A DNA stretch of 64,000 nt from Mobula hypostoma (taxonomy: Eukaryota). The stretch is from NCBI RefSeq assembly GCF_963921235.1, contig NC_086106.1, forward strand, positions 19,530,001 through 19,594,000, in the 5' to 3' direction. Of the stretch, positions 51,381 through 63,126 are shown in pieces (the first letter of the stretch is position 1; each line of letters starts with the position of its first letter). The position numbers were made by a program, and so were the translations under genes. The notes below the pieces were generated by a model that was given only the letters and a program-made list of their open reading frames with translations, was not told the DNA's origin and ran no database searches.

Positions 51381-52589
51381 TGTTTGACACATCATTGTGT
51401 GCTGTAGGTTTTTCTAGGACATGGGAGCTGTAATCTGCATTTAATTCATGCTCTGTGTACCCTGAGGTGATTGATGGAATCCCTTTGAGGAAGAATTTCC
51501 CAGATTTACAAGATAAATACTGATTCCATTGAATGACACAGCAGAGAGTGAGGCCATTCATCCGATAGTGTCTGTGCTTCCCTTCAGCTGAGCAAACCCA
51601 ATAAACCCATTGGTCTCTCTGCTCTTCCCTGTATCCCTACAAAAGGCGGACCTCCTCCTTTTCCCTCTCTACACTCACTATTAGCCACCACCATCATTCA
51701 GGCAGTGTGTTCCAGATCACAAACCTTCCCTTAAATACTCCCCTATTACACATTATTGACTTGAACGCTTCCCTCCCCACCCCACCTGCACCACTCCCCA
51801 CTCCCCCACCCACCAATGCAAGGCTGCCCGGAATGTGTGAAGGAATTGTGATTTCAATTCCCGGCCATACCTTTCCTGCACGACTTCCCCACTGCCTTCC
51901 CAACCCCAAAATTCTTCCCCACCGTACCCCAACTCCTCACCCATCTGGGAATAAAACTAAAACATTAATCCCATCAATTAATCCTGGGATATCGCCGATA
52001 CTTTTGCTGTATCCCGGGACGGACCTCAGGCCGGACATTACATGATGGGACTGACACCCACCTGTACCCTGGGGATATTGAGCCATCAACCAGATCATAC
52101 ATGTGTACACCATTCCCTCAGATTATGTCTTAATCCCATTACCTTCAACATGAAAGCAGCCGACAGTAAAACCCGATCCCAATAACTTGACACTGAACAG
52201 ATCCATTGTTGTCACTGACAGGGAACAAGTTCAACTGCACTGAAACGCTCAGCCCCTGAACGTGGCTTCAGTCGGTGCTGAGGATCAGAAGCCAGACTTG
52301 AACCAAACACTGAGCTCACTCAGCACAATCGGCCGGTGTCAAGGCACAGTCTGGTGACAAAATCCGACCCCATTCCCCTGAGCCTGTTCCCGGTCTGTGG
52401 ACAGTTCACTGGTGGGTGGGGTATGTACCCTTGTACTGTTACTGGGCTCCAGAGAAACCCGCCGGTTCGGGGAGATTCCTGTACTTGCGCTAAATATCTC
52501 ACTGATTTCAGGTGAATCACCGAATTCGCCAAAACCGTAAATAAATAAAATACTAGTGCGTGAAGGTACAATTGAGAAGTTGGTCTTAC

Positions 52590-52637
52590 CTGAAGTCACG
52601 GTCAGCGAGGTTCCTCCGCCCCAGTAGTCAAGATAGT
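52590..52637 (-). CDS. JH segment (YLDYWGGGTSLTVTS)
   Basis: WGGG motif, phase-1 donor TCAG|GTAAGA, preceded by an RSS heptamer. Confidence 0.96.
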
Positions 52638-52676
52638 CACAGTGCTCCGTCTCCCCATTCACCCAGTGCAGTAACT
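52638..52676 (-). promoter_or_regulatory. J 5' recombination signal sequence, 23-bp spacer, degenerate nonamer
   Basis: Plus strand reads CACAGTG - 23 nt - GCAGTAACT (5/9 match to ACAAAAACC). Confidence 0.8.
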
Positions 52677-53011
52677 TCACTTGCCCGTCACATCCAATAA
52701 TCTCAGCAAAATGTCAACATGATCCCTGTCCGGACCGGGAGCAGCCGCTTCCTAGATTTCCATCCCAAACTCCGTCCTTGTCCCTTCCTGGCGTGTGAGT
52801 AAGAGAGGCATTTTCACAGTTTTCTTGTCTGCGGACAACGGCTCCCGCCATTCCCCAGAATCAGAGTCGAATCATTTTGGGCTTTTAATTGTCCAGAAAT
52901 TGACATTTGCGCCCAGCAGTCCGAGTGAGGCTTCATGCATTTGACTCTGGGAAGCAGCAATGCGGAATCCGTGGAGACAGACTGCGCTGCAGACGCTCCT
53001 TTGTCGGGACC

Positions 53012-53075
53012 AGTTTCTGTTCAGCTCCCCATCACTGTGCTCCATATCACGGTGCTTCACCGCAGGCCACAAACC
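53012..53075 (-). other. D2 segment (coding 53040-53047, ATATGGAG) with 12-RSS on both sides
   Basis: Minus strand reads GGTTTGTGG-12-CACCGTG, 8-nt D, CACAGTG-12-ACAGAAACT. Confidence 0.9.
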
Positions 53076-53410
53076 GTCTTCATCACATTCAGCCCGAAAT
53101 CCAGTGGATCCCAGAGCCGGCCAGCGGATTTATTAAACCCTCCCTGTGTGTCCGGGTGTCCCTCACAGCGGGTTTCAGTCTCGGCCATCCCAGTGCTGAA
53201 GTGGAGATGATATAACCCACCGGGACCTTTCACTGGGCTTCCACTGACAGCTCCTCCTCGGTGTTCCCGTTCCCTTCCAGACACATCTCCAGTGGAACTT
53301 GTACCCACTCCCGGATTATCCACTCGGGATCTGATTTATATCCACGGGTCCCGGGGTGAAGGCCGGCGGAAGCGGCCGAAGAGCCCGATTTAAAGAGTTT
53401 TGTTTCGGTG

Positions 53411-53491
53411 GGTTTGTGTATGGAGGGAGCCGCCATCTCTCACACTGTGCCACCCAGTATAGTCACAGTGATACACCGCCGTACGATAACC
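53411..53491 (-). other. D1 segment (coding 53450-53463, ACTATACTGGGTGG) with 5' 12-RSS and 3' 23-RSS
   Basis: Minus strand reads GGTTATCGT-12-CACTGTG, 14-nt D, CACAGTG-23-ACACAAACC. All three frames are open (TILG / LYWV / YTGW). Confidence 0.93.
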
Positions 53492-53861
53492 TCCGTCCCT
53501 CTCACTGTCTCCCAGCACAGTCACTCCTCAGTCAAACCGCACCAGAACACCAAAGTGTCTCTGATCATTAATGTTCCTCATAGCCCGACCATTCACTGTC
53601 ACGTGTAGACGAAGGACCGACACCTGACCAGGTCGATCGGTGACCCCATTCCCACTCACGGCGCTTGGCTCCGAGTTGCCCTCTGAAGTGATCCGCTGAG
53701 CCCCTCGGTCCATCCGTCCAGCATCTCTTCTCGGGAATCCCCGCTGACAGCCCGCCTTCCATTGCGTGGACGAGCGGATGTGGCCCGGAACGACCGGGAT
53801 ACAGCTGTGGCGATCACTGCTGTCCTTTCCCTCAGCGCCCGAAGGGCAGGCGCTCTCGCTG

Positions 53862-53900
53862 GGTTTTTGTCCCGGTCCAGTCCCGGTCTCTCTCACTGTG
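53862..53900 (-). promoter_or_regulatory. V 3' recombination signal sequence, 23-bp spacer
   Basis: CACAGTG - 23 nt - ACAAAAACC, perfect consensus. Confidence 0.98.
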
Positions 53901-54198
53901 TCTCTCGCACAGTAATAGGTGGCCGTGTCGTCCGGTCTCAGGTTGTTCATTTGTAGATAAAAGTTGCTGCTGTCCTTGGAAGCGGTGAACCGGCTCTGGA
54001 CTCCAGGCGCGTAGTACTTGTAACTTTCAGTATTATGTGCTACCAGCCACTCCAGCCCTTTCCCGGAGACCTGTCTCACCCAGTGCATGTAGTAGCTGTT
54101 GACATTGAACCCACTGACCGCACAGGTCAGTCTGTGGGACTGTCCGGGCTTTACCGTCGCTGACTCGGGCTGTGTCAGCACGATGTCCGACCGCACGC
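53901..54198 (-). CDS. VH gene segment, IgW type, open reading frame
   Basis: [53 protein letters not shown]...[30 protein letters not shown]; both canonical Cys and the Trp are present; followed directly by a heptamer. Confidence 0.97.
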
Positions 54199-54307
54199 CT
54201 GTCAATAAAAAAGAGCAGAAATTAATAAAATGTTCCACGGTCAGAGGTTCACAAAGCCTCCGAGAAACAGCCGGTCCCGGTTGGGCGACAAGCCCTGGGA
54301 CACCCAC

Positions 54308-54353
54308 CTGCCAGACAAGACAGGAGGAGACAGAGATAAGGAACGACCCCCAT
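54308..54353 (-). CDS. Ig heavy-chain leader exon ([16 protein letters not shown])
   Basis: ATG at 54353, hydrophobic 15-codon signal peptide, phase-1 donor CAG|GTGGGT; the 109-nt intron ends TTGACAG and joins in frame to [10 protein letters not shown]. Confidence 0.92.
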
Positions 54354-54441
54354 CGCCCTGAACACTGAGCCGGACTTGGACACTTTTGAGATCGGCGACT
54401 GCAGCTCAGGCCGGCTTTGTCCGGAGCCGCAGTGAGCGCTG

Positions 54442-54449
54442 TTTAAATA
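54442..54449 (-). promoter_or_regulatory. TATA-like box of the VH promoter
   Basis: TATTTAAA about 90 nt upstream of the leader ATG; an Ets-like AGGAAG lies further upstream near 54523-54528. Confidence 0.5.
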
Positions 54450-57400
54450 GGGACGTGGGCTGTGAGTGAGAGAGGGAGCCGCGGTTTGAACAGGCTCTCA
54501 CACACCGAAACCAGAGGCGCGGCTTCCTGTCCCCACCCACAGCAGCGATTTCAATTCCCCAAAAGATGTTTGTCTCTGCAACAGGCGGCAGGTCAGCGGC
54601 AGTGACCAGATCCGGATTAAAGATCTGTCACACTCTGCTCGATTCATCAATTTCAGCGATGAACAGTTTGTGTAAACTGAGACACACAGAATCCCAGCGA
54701 GAGAGAATGAGAGACACCGGTCAGTGGACAGATGTCCCACCCCCACCCCCCAGAGACAGGGACTGAGAAACACTGGTCAGTGGACAGGGACGGAGTGACA
54801 CCAGTCAGTGGACAGTTATTCTCCTTAGAGACACAGTGTGAGACTCTTTGCAGAAAAATGTATTTAGCAACAAAAAGAGTTACCACACAATCTTCTTACT
54901 GCACCCACTCCACTAGAATCAATGTTAAATGGAGATTCCTGGTGGAAATGGGTGGAATTTACACTTTTAAGATATTTTCTCTTTCAGGAACCAGGCACCA
55001 TGAACTGCCAAGTCCTCAGCAGTTCTCCCCACAAAATCTCTTGGACCTGTTTCAGCCGGTGAGAGGAATAGGATATTTGATGAGGGAACTCGGGAGCTGA
55101 AGCCACACAACTGGAGAAGTTGTTGTTGCTGGTAACAGGATGCTCCCCAGTAGATTGGCAGACAAGCGCTGCTGAACGGTCCGTATTGAAAGGAAACTGA
55201 AGGGGTGGGGGAGGGCATACGGGATGCAAATCAGCAGGGTGGGTAATTTTGATCACCCACCCTGGTGATGGGAATACTGTGTGTCCCAAATTTTGCATCC
55301 TGGGTAAAGTATAAACCGGGCTGATTGAATTACTCATCAAGCCACAGCATCCCTCTCTCAAGGTGATTTGTCGTCACTCAGTAACTTTCATGACGCCATG
55401 GAAACCAGAGCGGTTTCTGCAAACAATGAAATACCTTTTGAAGTGGAGTCTCTGTTGTGACGGAGGGAAAGTGGGACCCAAATTACACAGAGCAACCTCT
55501 CTGAAACAGCAATGAAGTACCATCAGATCAGATATTAGGTGATGCTGATTGAGGCATCAATGTTGGGACAGATAGTGGAGAACTTTCCAAACCTTTTATG
55601 TCCACCTGACAGAACAACCTCACCATGGCACCAATCAAAATGGTGAATCTTTTTTTTTCTCCAAGAGGACCACAGCCTTGCTCTCGGGTTTGGAGGCTTG
55701 AAAGCCTCAGTGATCCAGAGATCTATGTTGGCTTGAGTCAGGGCCTTGTGCTTTAGCTCCAGATAGGGTCACCCATGCCAAACAGGTCAAAGGGTAGAGG
55801 CCAGACTAAAAGAGATCCAGGTTCGGAGTTTCAGATCAGGGTTAGTGAACCTGACTAGTCAAAATAAAAAATTGTGATTGTTACGAGATGCTCCCAACTA
55901 TGCCAGCTTCCGGGATTCAGACTGTCTAACTCTCCGGAGTACAGATAGCTAGTTGCAGTCCCTTTAAGGGTTCAGGATGATCCCACTAATTGGAAATCAT
56001 AACTTGGGTCCCAAGAATTGTGTATTTAAAGAATACCTGAACTGATGTTCGGTGCTCAATCATAAGCCCTACTCGTGATATCATCTAGCATTTGTTTTGT
56101 GCTCAGTTTTCGATCCAGTTTGATACAGTGTCTTGATCCTTACTTCAGATACTCCAGCAAACCAACCTTGTCAAGGACTGTCTTCACAGTTACGGAAACG
56201 GCAATGAAGAATCCTTCTACATCTGAATGTGATGGTATTCACTAGTCACCACCCGGGACTTGCATGGCTGACAGTAGTGAAAACTGAGAGTAAGCTACGG
56301 GTATGGTGAAGGGAGCCATGAACTTTGCCAATATCATGACCAAAAATGTTTTTTGGAATTGTCAAACCATGTACAACACTGGCAAGTTCACACAAATAAC
56401 CACAGTAATGTGTCATTACAGGCAACATACACTGGGGTCAGTGAAAGCAGTTCGACAGAGTTTGGCAGATGAAAAGCAGCAACTGGTGAAACTATTTTCT
56501 ATGCAGGAAGACAAGATGGTCAGCATCATGATGGTGTAGCTGTCATTTTGAAGAAAGGCATTGATAAGTCCCCACTGGAGTGAAAACCATTGAACAGTCG
56601 GCTGGTGAGAGTCAGGCTGAGAGTGAAGCAAGTGAACATGACTGTGATCCAGTGCTATGCTCCAAATAACAAGAGTGATATTGAAGAAAAGGACATCTTC
56701 TACAAACAGCAGAGGTAGAGTTAACACCACGCCATGACATAATCATCATCATGGGAGATCTAAATGGCAAAGTGGAAAATACAACTCACACTTTACTAGG
56801 ATTATGGATACATAGGGATGTAGAACAATCAATAACAATGGTGAAAGACTGGAGGAATTCTGTGCCATGAGCTATCTGGTCACAGGAGGAACCCTCTTTC
56901 CGGACCACAAAATCCACAAACTGACATGGTGCTCACCCAGTGGACATGACAAGATCCAGATTGACCATTTGATGATCAATGGTACATGGAGATGATGCTT
57001 GCAGGATGAAAAGGTGAAGAGAGGAGCAGATACAGGAAGTAATCACCACCTTGCTGTAGCAGTGATGAAACTCATGCTGAGAACCACTGGGACCAGAGCA
57101 CATGTACAAAGACGTCTTGATGTTGAGAAGCTCAAGGACACCAGTGTGAAACCTGTTGTCATCATTCAACTTAAAGAACAGATTTCAGGCCTTGGCGGGG
57201 ATGTGTCAGTGTACAAAATCAACACGATGTGGAACCAGATTGTGTCAGTGTTCAAGGAGAGCAGCGAGGCTTGTCTACATTACAGAGCTGGAAAGACAAA
57301 CAAAGAATGCATACAGCAGGAAATATGGGACAGCCTTAGAAGAAAGATAAAAACTCAGGATGAAAGTGTTCGATGCAAAGTCAACACAAATTAAGGTGAA

Positions 57401-58667
57401 ACTTCAACTGGCATTCACTGAAGCTAGCAAGAATGTGAAGAGCTTTTAAGAATGGATAAAAGAGTCTACATGGAAGACCTTGCATGCTGGCCACAGCAAC
57501 AGCCAATTGACGTGATCAGGAAAATATATACAAGATTTCAAAATTGGTATGTGGAAAGTTCCAAGCCAGACTAGTAGCCCCATGAGAGTTAAGAACTGTC
57601 TACTTTTGACAAAGGCACGAAGAATGATGGACAGGGCATTTCAGAGATTTACTGAATAGACGCAGAGGACCTAGATATCAACGCAGATCCACTCAAGCAG
57701 GAAGAGATTGTGTGACAAGAATACACATAGATTAAGATGTTCGCTGTCCTGTGTGATCAGCAGTTGGTCTGCCACCTGTCTTCAGGAGAGAGAGAGATAA
57801 GGAAAACAATGGAGCAGCATTTGGAGATGTGTAATGAAGGGGAAGGAGAGCTGTCAAGAGCGGCTCCCCCTTTGAACCCTGAACTGTTTGAAGTGATGGA
57901 CAGGCGATACCCCAGCAGGGGGATAAAAAGGGACAGGTTCACTAAGGCAGGATACACACGACACCCAAGGTAACGAGACCCTGGAAGCGGTGTGCCTCTC
58001 ACAAGTCGGTGGGAAGCTTTTGGACGGCTGATCGCGGGATCAAGCCTTAGACGCTCAGGGTGGAAAGGCACGATTGGCGGGAACCTGGTGTGTGTCCACC
58101 CTTGCCTGGGTACCAGGTTCAATGCAGGGAAACGATCGTATCTGGAAACGGAGGGGTCACTGTCGGTGACCTCAGATGACATCACAAAGGACTCGCCCGA
58201 AAGCTGACTGCGAAAGTCTGTGTGAAAGCTGTGCTGGATATTCATTCGTTTTTGCTCTCTCTCCTCCCCCCCACTGTCCATCACCATGGCAACGATTACT
58301 GCGAACTGAACTAAATTGAACTGGACTTTGTGTCACTTTGAAACTGGTCATTTACCCCTAGACAACGATAGAGCTTGATTGATCCTGTTATCTTAATTCT
58401 GTGCACAGGTGTGTTTATCATTGCAGAACTGTTGCATTTATTATCCTTTTGATTAGAGTACTGTGTTGCTTGTTTCTTTAATAAAACTTTCTTAGTTCTA
58501 GTAATCCAGACTCCAACTGAGTGATCCATTTCTGCTGGTTTGGCAACCTAGTTACGGGGTACGTAACATAAGTGGGGTTCTCATCCGCGATTTTGAACGC
58601 TAAATTTGGGACGGAGTAAATTGATTGGGTCAAAATTCCCAAAAGAAAGAAAAGACAAACAGCAGAA

Positions 58668-59921
58668 ATGGAGGCTGAGGAATTTATAAAGGCGCCGACC
58701 TTGGAGGCATTAGAGGATGCCAGGAAATCGGAATTGGTAGCTGTGGCCAAACTGTTGAATCTTGCTAAGGGGAAGTCGACAATGAGGAGAGAGGAGATAC
58801 ACAGAGCTATTGTAGAGCACTATGTATCTAAAGGTGTGTTTCCCCAAGGCGAGCTGGGGGTGGTGTCTATTGAAAAACCTGCCGGAGACGCGGTACAGGT
58901 GCAGCTTGAACAACTGAGACTCGAGCACGAGTTCCGGGTACGACAGTTAGAACACGAAGAGAAGCAGCTAGAAAGGCGGGAGAAAGCGAGCGAGTTAGAA
59001 AGGCGGGAGAAAGAGAGCGGGTTAGAAAGGCGGGAGAAAGAGAAAGAGTTAGAAAGGCAAGAGAGAAAGAGGGAGAGACAGTTGGAGAGAGAAGAGAAAG
59101 AGAGGCAATGGGAGCGAGAAGAGAGAGAGAGGCAGAGGGAAAGGGAATTTGAGCTGGAGAAGTTAAAGATAAGGGCCGAGCAGGGGCCCATGCCGAACCA
59201 AGGTGGAGGGTTCCGGGCAACCCAGGAGGTTAGGCTGGTTCCCCCATTTGACAATACCGATGTGGATCGGTACTTTCTCCATTTCGAAAAAGTGGCTATA
59301 AGTCAGGAATGGCCGAGGGATAAGTGGGTTGTTTTGCTTCAAAGTGTACTGAAAGGGAAAGCCCAACAAGCTTACTCAGCTTTGTCCGCAGAAGATACCC
59401 AGAGGTATGAGGTGGTGAAAGAGGCCATCCTCAGGATTTATGAGTTGGTCCCGGAGGCATACCGGCAGAGGTTCTGGAATGCGAGGAAGCAGTGGGACCG
59501 CACGTATTTAGAGTTTGCCCGTGAGATGCAGACATATTGTGAGCGTTGGTGCGCCTCGAAGGGGGTAGATGGGGATTATGACAGACTGCTACAGCTGATC
59601 CTGATTGAGCAGTTTAAAGGTTGTGTCCCTGAGGGTATGAGACCCTACCTAGATGAGAAAGAGGCAGCCACGTTAGCCGCAACTGCTAAGTTAGCGGATG
59701 AGTATGCGTTGACGCATAAAATGAAGTTTGCCCCGAGTAAAGGCTACCAGAAGGGTAGTCAGGACGGCGGGGAGAGTCCGCCGGAAAAGTCAGAAAGTAA
59801 GCCGGGGACTAGTGAGAAGGATAAGGTAGACCGGGAGCAGTCTGGTAGGAAGTCTCCTGGGGTCGTCTGTTATAATTGCGGGAAAGTCGGACACTTTGCG
59901 TCCAGGTGCTTTGCCCCATAG
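58668..59921 (+). CDS. Gag of the Gypsy element (charged coiled-coil repeat, SCAN-like capsid region, CCHC zinc knuckle)
   Basis: 417-aa ORF; ELERREKE repeats; LQLILIEQFKGCVP; CYNCGKVGHFASRC; ends at an in-frame TAG. Confidence 0.88.
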   Translation: MEAEEFIKAPTLEALEDARKSELVAVAKLLNLAKGKSTMRREEIHRAIVEHYVSKGVFPQGELGVVSIEKPAGDAVQVQLEQLRLEHEFRVRQLEHEEKQLERREKASELERREKESGLERREKEKELERQERKRERQLEREEKERQWEREERERQREREFELEKLKIRAEQGPMPNQGGGFRATQEVRLVPPFDNTDVDRYFLHFEKVAISQEWPRDKWVVLLQSVLKGKAQQAYSALSAEDTQRYEVVKEAILRIYELVPEAYRQRFWNARKQWDRTYLEFAREMQTYCERWCASKGVDGDYDRLLQLILIEQFKGCVPEGMRPYLDEKEAATLAATAKLADEYALTHKMKFAPSKGYQKGSQDGGESPPEKSESKPGTSEKDKVDREQSGRKSPGVVCYNCGKVGHFASRCFAP

Positions 59922-60044
59922 AAGGAAACGGGAAAAGGAAAAACAGCGATTTTGACTGGCTGTATCGAGCTGGTAAACGAACCGCTAGGGAAGGACAGGT
60001 CTGCCAACGTTCAGGAAGGGCGTGAGAGGTTTATCTAGGCCGGA

Positions 60045-61592
60045 TTGGTGTCGGCGAAGGAGGGGTTAAAACCAGTTCCAGTGCGGATCTGGAGAGACAC
60101 GGGAGCGTGTCAGTCACTAATACTGAAGAGTGTATTAGAGTTTAGCTCAGAGACCCAGACTGGGGAGGTAAAGGTCAAAGGTGTTGGGGAAGGGACAGAG
60201 TCAGTCCCTTTGCACCAGGTACACTTACAGAGCAACCTGGTCTCTGGACTAGTCACGATCGGGGTGAGGTCCGAATTACCGATGAAAGGCGTGGAAGTCT
60301 TGCTCGGTAATGACGTCGCTGGGGTAATTGTGTTCCCAGTCATGAGATTGACAGGTCAGCCTGCCAGCATTGAGGCCCCGCCCATGGACTCACAGGTTCA
60401 TCATGGGACCGTGGTAGTGAATTTAGCTGAGACGTTTCTGCCAGCCTTGTACGAGAAGGGGGTAGAGAGTGAAAAGAAGGAGTGTAGTGAGGCAAGAGGT
60501 AGTGAGGGAGCTGGGACGGATGTAACATTAGCCAGGAAAGAATTTTTGCAGATGCAGGAGCGAGACGAGGGGCTGATGGTTTTGGTGGAGGAGGAAGTGC
60601 TAAGGAAGAAAGGGAGACCAAGTACCGTACCCGCAGATGAGGAATGGGGGTGGTGCAAAAGAGTTATGGGGATGAGGTTTTTAACCTGGCCCACAAGGTA
60701 CCCCCCGGTGGACATTTTGCGGTACTGGAGGGAACAGTTGGTGGAATCATGAAAGAGGTTTACCGGCTGCCCAGGGGGAAGGATGTTATTGATTATGATC
60801 GACGCGAACTGAGACAGTCACAGGCTTTTGATATGCTAACAAACCTAGTCCATGTTAGCGCGGAAATCAATGAAGCTAGGGTCTCCCCGATAAGAGAAAA
60901 AAACCATTTTGAAAAGATGAGTATGGTATCGACCAGATGGGAGAAGGCTATTGTTCTGGCCAGGTCTGCTGATAAGGTCTCTCCCTTAATCCCCGAACAA
61001 AGCGACTCTTTAGGAGAAGTAATTAAACGACTCGCACCCGCGTGTTTGATTGTCCCGAGGCGATGCAAAGAACTGGGACGTTGGGTGGTGTCTGTTACAA
61101 TAGGAGGAGCCTAGCAAGAAACATCCATATAGAATGAGTAATTCAGTGACTAAAGGGCTGACGAACACAGAGGTGTGTATTGGCAATTTAATACGGCTGT
61201 CTGAAGCCAACTTGATAGCGAACCTTGAAAAAAATGAGTTCGGCCACACGAAGGTCACTTACCTGGGAATTGTGGTGACACAGGGGCAGCTGGCAGTGAT
61301 ACAAGCTACAGTGCAGGCTATCGCTGACCTCCCAACCCCGACAGACAAGAGGGCCCTCAGAAGGCTCTTGGAGATGGTGGGGTACTGTAATAAGTTTTGC
61401 AATAACTCTGCAGTCACTACCCCTCCCCCTCCCACTAAGCCCTTGCGAGAGAAAACTAAGTTGGAATGGGACGACCCTTGTTATTGTGGTCTGGGACAAA
61501 ACCAAATGAGAGGTTACATTGATCGCAATTCATCAGTGTTTTTGGCCACTATGAAGTTTGCTAAATTGGAGCCTGGTCTAAGGGATTATTAA
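60045..61592 (+). pseudogene. Deleted pol remnant: aspartic protease, integrase zinc-binding fragment, RT thumb fragment
   Basis: WRDTGACQSL; LAHKVPPGGH; NLEKNEFGHTKVTYLG...LRRLLEMVGY. No YxDD or DDE core is visible. Confidence 0.8.
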
Positions 61593-63126
61593 TAACACAT
61601 ATAAAAGGAACAGAAAATATGATGGCTGACTGTCAGGTGTTGACAACTTCAAACTCGCTGTATTAGCCAAATAGCTGATAAAGATGTATATTTGTGTGTG
61701 TATCAAATAATGTATTCATGTTTGTAATTTTTACCCCCCGGTAAAAATCCTTAAAGGGGGGAAGTGTGACAAGAATACACATAGATTAAGATGTTCGCTG
61801 TCCTGTGTGATCAGCAGTTGGTCTGCCACCTGTCTTCAGGGGAGAGAGAGATAAGGAAAACAATGCAGCAGCATTTGGAGATGTGTAATGAAGGGGAAGG
61901 AGAGCTGTCAAGAGTGGCTCCCCCTTTGAACCCTGAACTGTTTGAAGGGATGGACAGGCGATACCCCAGCAGGGGGATAAAAAGGGACAGGTTCGCTAAG
62001 GCAGGGCACATATGACACCCGAGATAACGAGACCCTGGAAGCGGTGCGCCTCTCACAAGTCGGTGGGAAGCTTTTGGACGGCTGATCGCGGGATCAAGCC
62101 TTAGACGCTCAGGGTGGAAAGGCACGATCGGCGGGAACCTGGTGTGTGTCCACCCTTGCCTGGGTACCAGGTTCAACGCAGGGAAACGATCGTATCTGGA
62201 AACAGAGGGGTCATGGTCGGTGACCTCAGATGACATCACAAAGGACTCGCCCGAAAGCTGACTGCGAAGGTCTGTGTGGAAGCTGTGTTGAATATTCATT
62301 CATTTAGCTCTCTCTCCTCCCCCCCACTGTCCATCGCCATGGCAACGATTACTGCGAACTGAACTAAATTGAACTAGACTTTGTGTCACTTTGAAACTGG
62401 TCATTTACCCCTAGACAACGATAGAGCTTGATTGATCCTGTTATCTTAATTCTGTGCACAGGTGTGTTTATCATTGCAGAACTGTTGCATTTATTAACCT
62501 TTTGATTAGAGTACTGTGTTGCTTGTTTCTTTAATAAAACTTTCTTAGTTCTAGTAATCCAGACTCCAACTGAGTGATCCATTTCTGCTGGTTTGGCAAC
62601 CCAGTTACGGGGTATGTAACAATTGTTTCTGTGATTAAATCGTTAAGAAACAGCAAAGCTCCAGAACATGAGAATTTGAAAGCCGAACTGTTCAAAGCTG
62701 AACAAAAAGATGCAGCAGTCTGTCAGTACCTGCAATTGAACTTTGTCTTTTTGTCTGTTTTCCCCCTCACCATCAGTCTGTGTTTTTGTATTGCCATGTG
62801 CTCTTGTTTGTTTTCATGCCCCATGTGCTCCAGTCCCAATTCTGGTTTTTGGATTTCTCTGGAATTTTTGATCTCTGCCTGAACTTTGATGCCGACCTTG
62901 TTGCCCCTCTGGATTTGCTACTCAGTAAATATCACAGTGTGCACAGTACTTGGTCTGCGATTGGGTTCCTGAAACCTCTGTTTACAACAATCTGTGAATG
63001 GGGACAAATGTCCAGGGACTGGACAAAGGGAGTTAGGATCCCCAAGAAAGGAGCACTAAGTGATTGCAACAATTGATGTGGCACCACTCATTTGTCTCTC
63101 CAAAGTCATTGTCCAGTGGATTACAG

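Larger units (their letters stand above)
27411..54353 (-). other. IgW: IgW heavy-chain minilocus (L-V-D-D-J-CH1-CH2-[sec]-CH3-CH4-CH5-CH6/sec-CH3'-CH4'-TM1), germline configuration
   Basis: One V, two D and one J within 1.8 kb with intact RSSs. Six C1-type Ig exons precede a canonical tailpiece (IgM has four, IgNAR five). Conventional VH with WVRQ..GKGLEW and a CH1 with an early Cys (PSC). All C exons are phase 1/1 with AG/GT boundaries. Confidence 0.9.
57711..62621 (+). mobile_element. Gmr1-type Gypsy LTR retrotransposon, internally deleted (non-autonomous)
   Basis: LTRs at 57711-58568 and 61765-62621 (TG...CA, about 29 differences by hand count); 4-bp TSD ATTG; tRNA-Pro-like PBS near 58573-58591; PPT at 61753-61764; gag, protease, integrase N-terminal and RT C-terminal remnants. 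Confidence 0.95.

Noticed and set aside
53503-53540. Possible third D (CACTGTC-TCCCAG-CACAGTC)
   Set aside because: Both heptamers are imperfect and no nonamer lies at 12 or 23 nt spacing.
53528-54307. 259-aa ORF as a single protein
   Set aside because: It starts at the intron GTG donor and runs through the V exon, RSS and spacer; only 53901-54198 is coding.
27411-54353. IgM or IgNAR assignment
   Set aside because: There are six C domains before the tailpiece, a conventional VH with two D segments, and a CH1 with the light-chain Cys; IgM has four C exons, and IgNAR has five with three Ds.
55224-55231. Perfect octamer ATGCAAAT
   Set aside because: It lies about 870 nt upstream of the ATG, far from the usual promoter position; about two such hits are expected by chance in 64 kb.
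58820-59254. Minus-strand Ser/Leu-rich ORFs
   Set aside because: Antisense shadows of the low-complexity coiled-coil repeat in gag.
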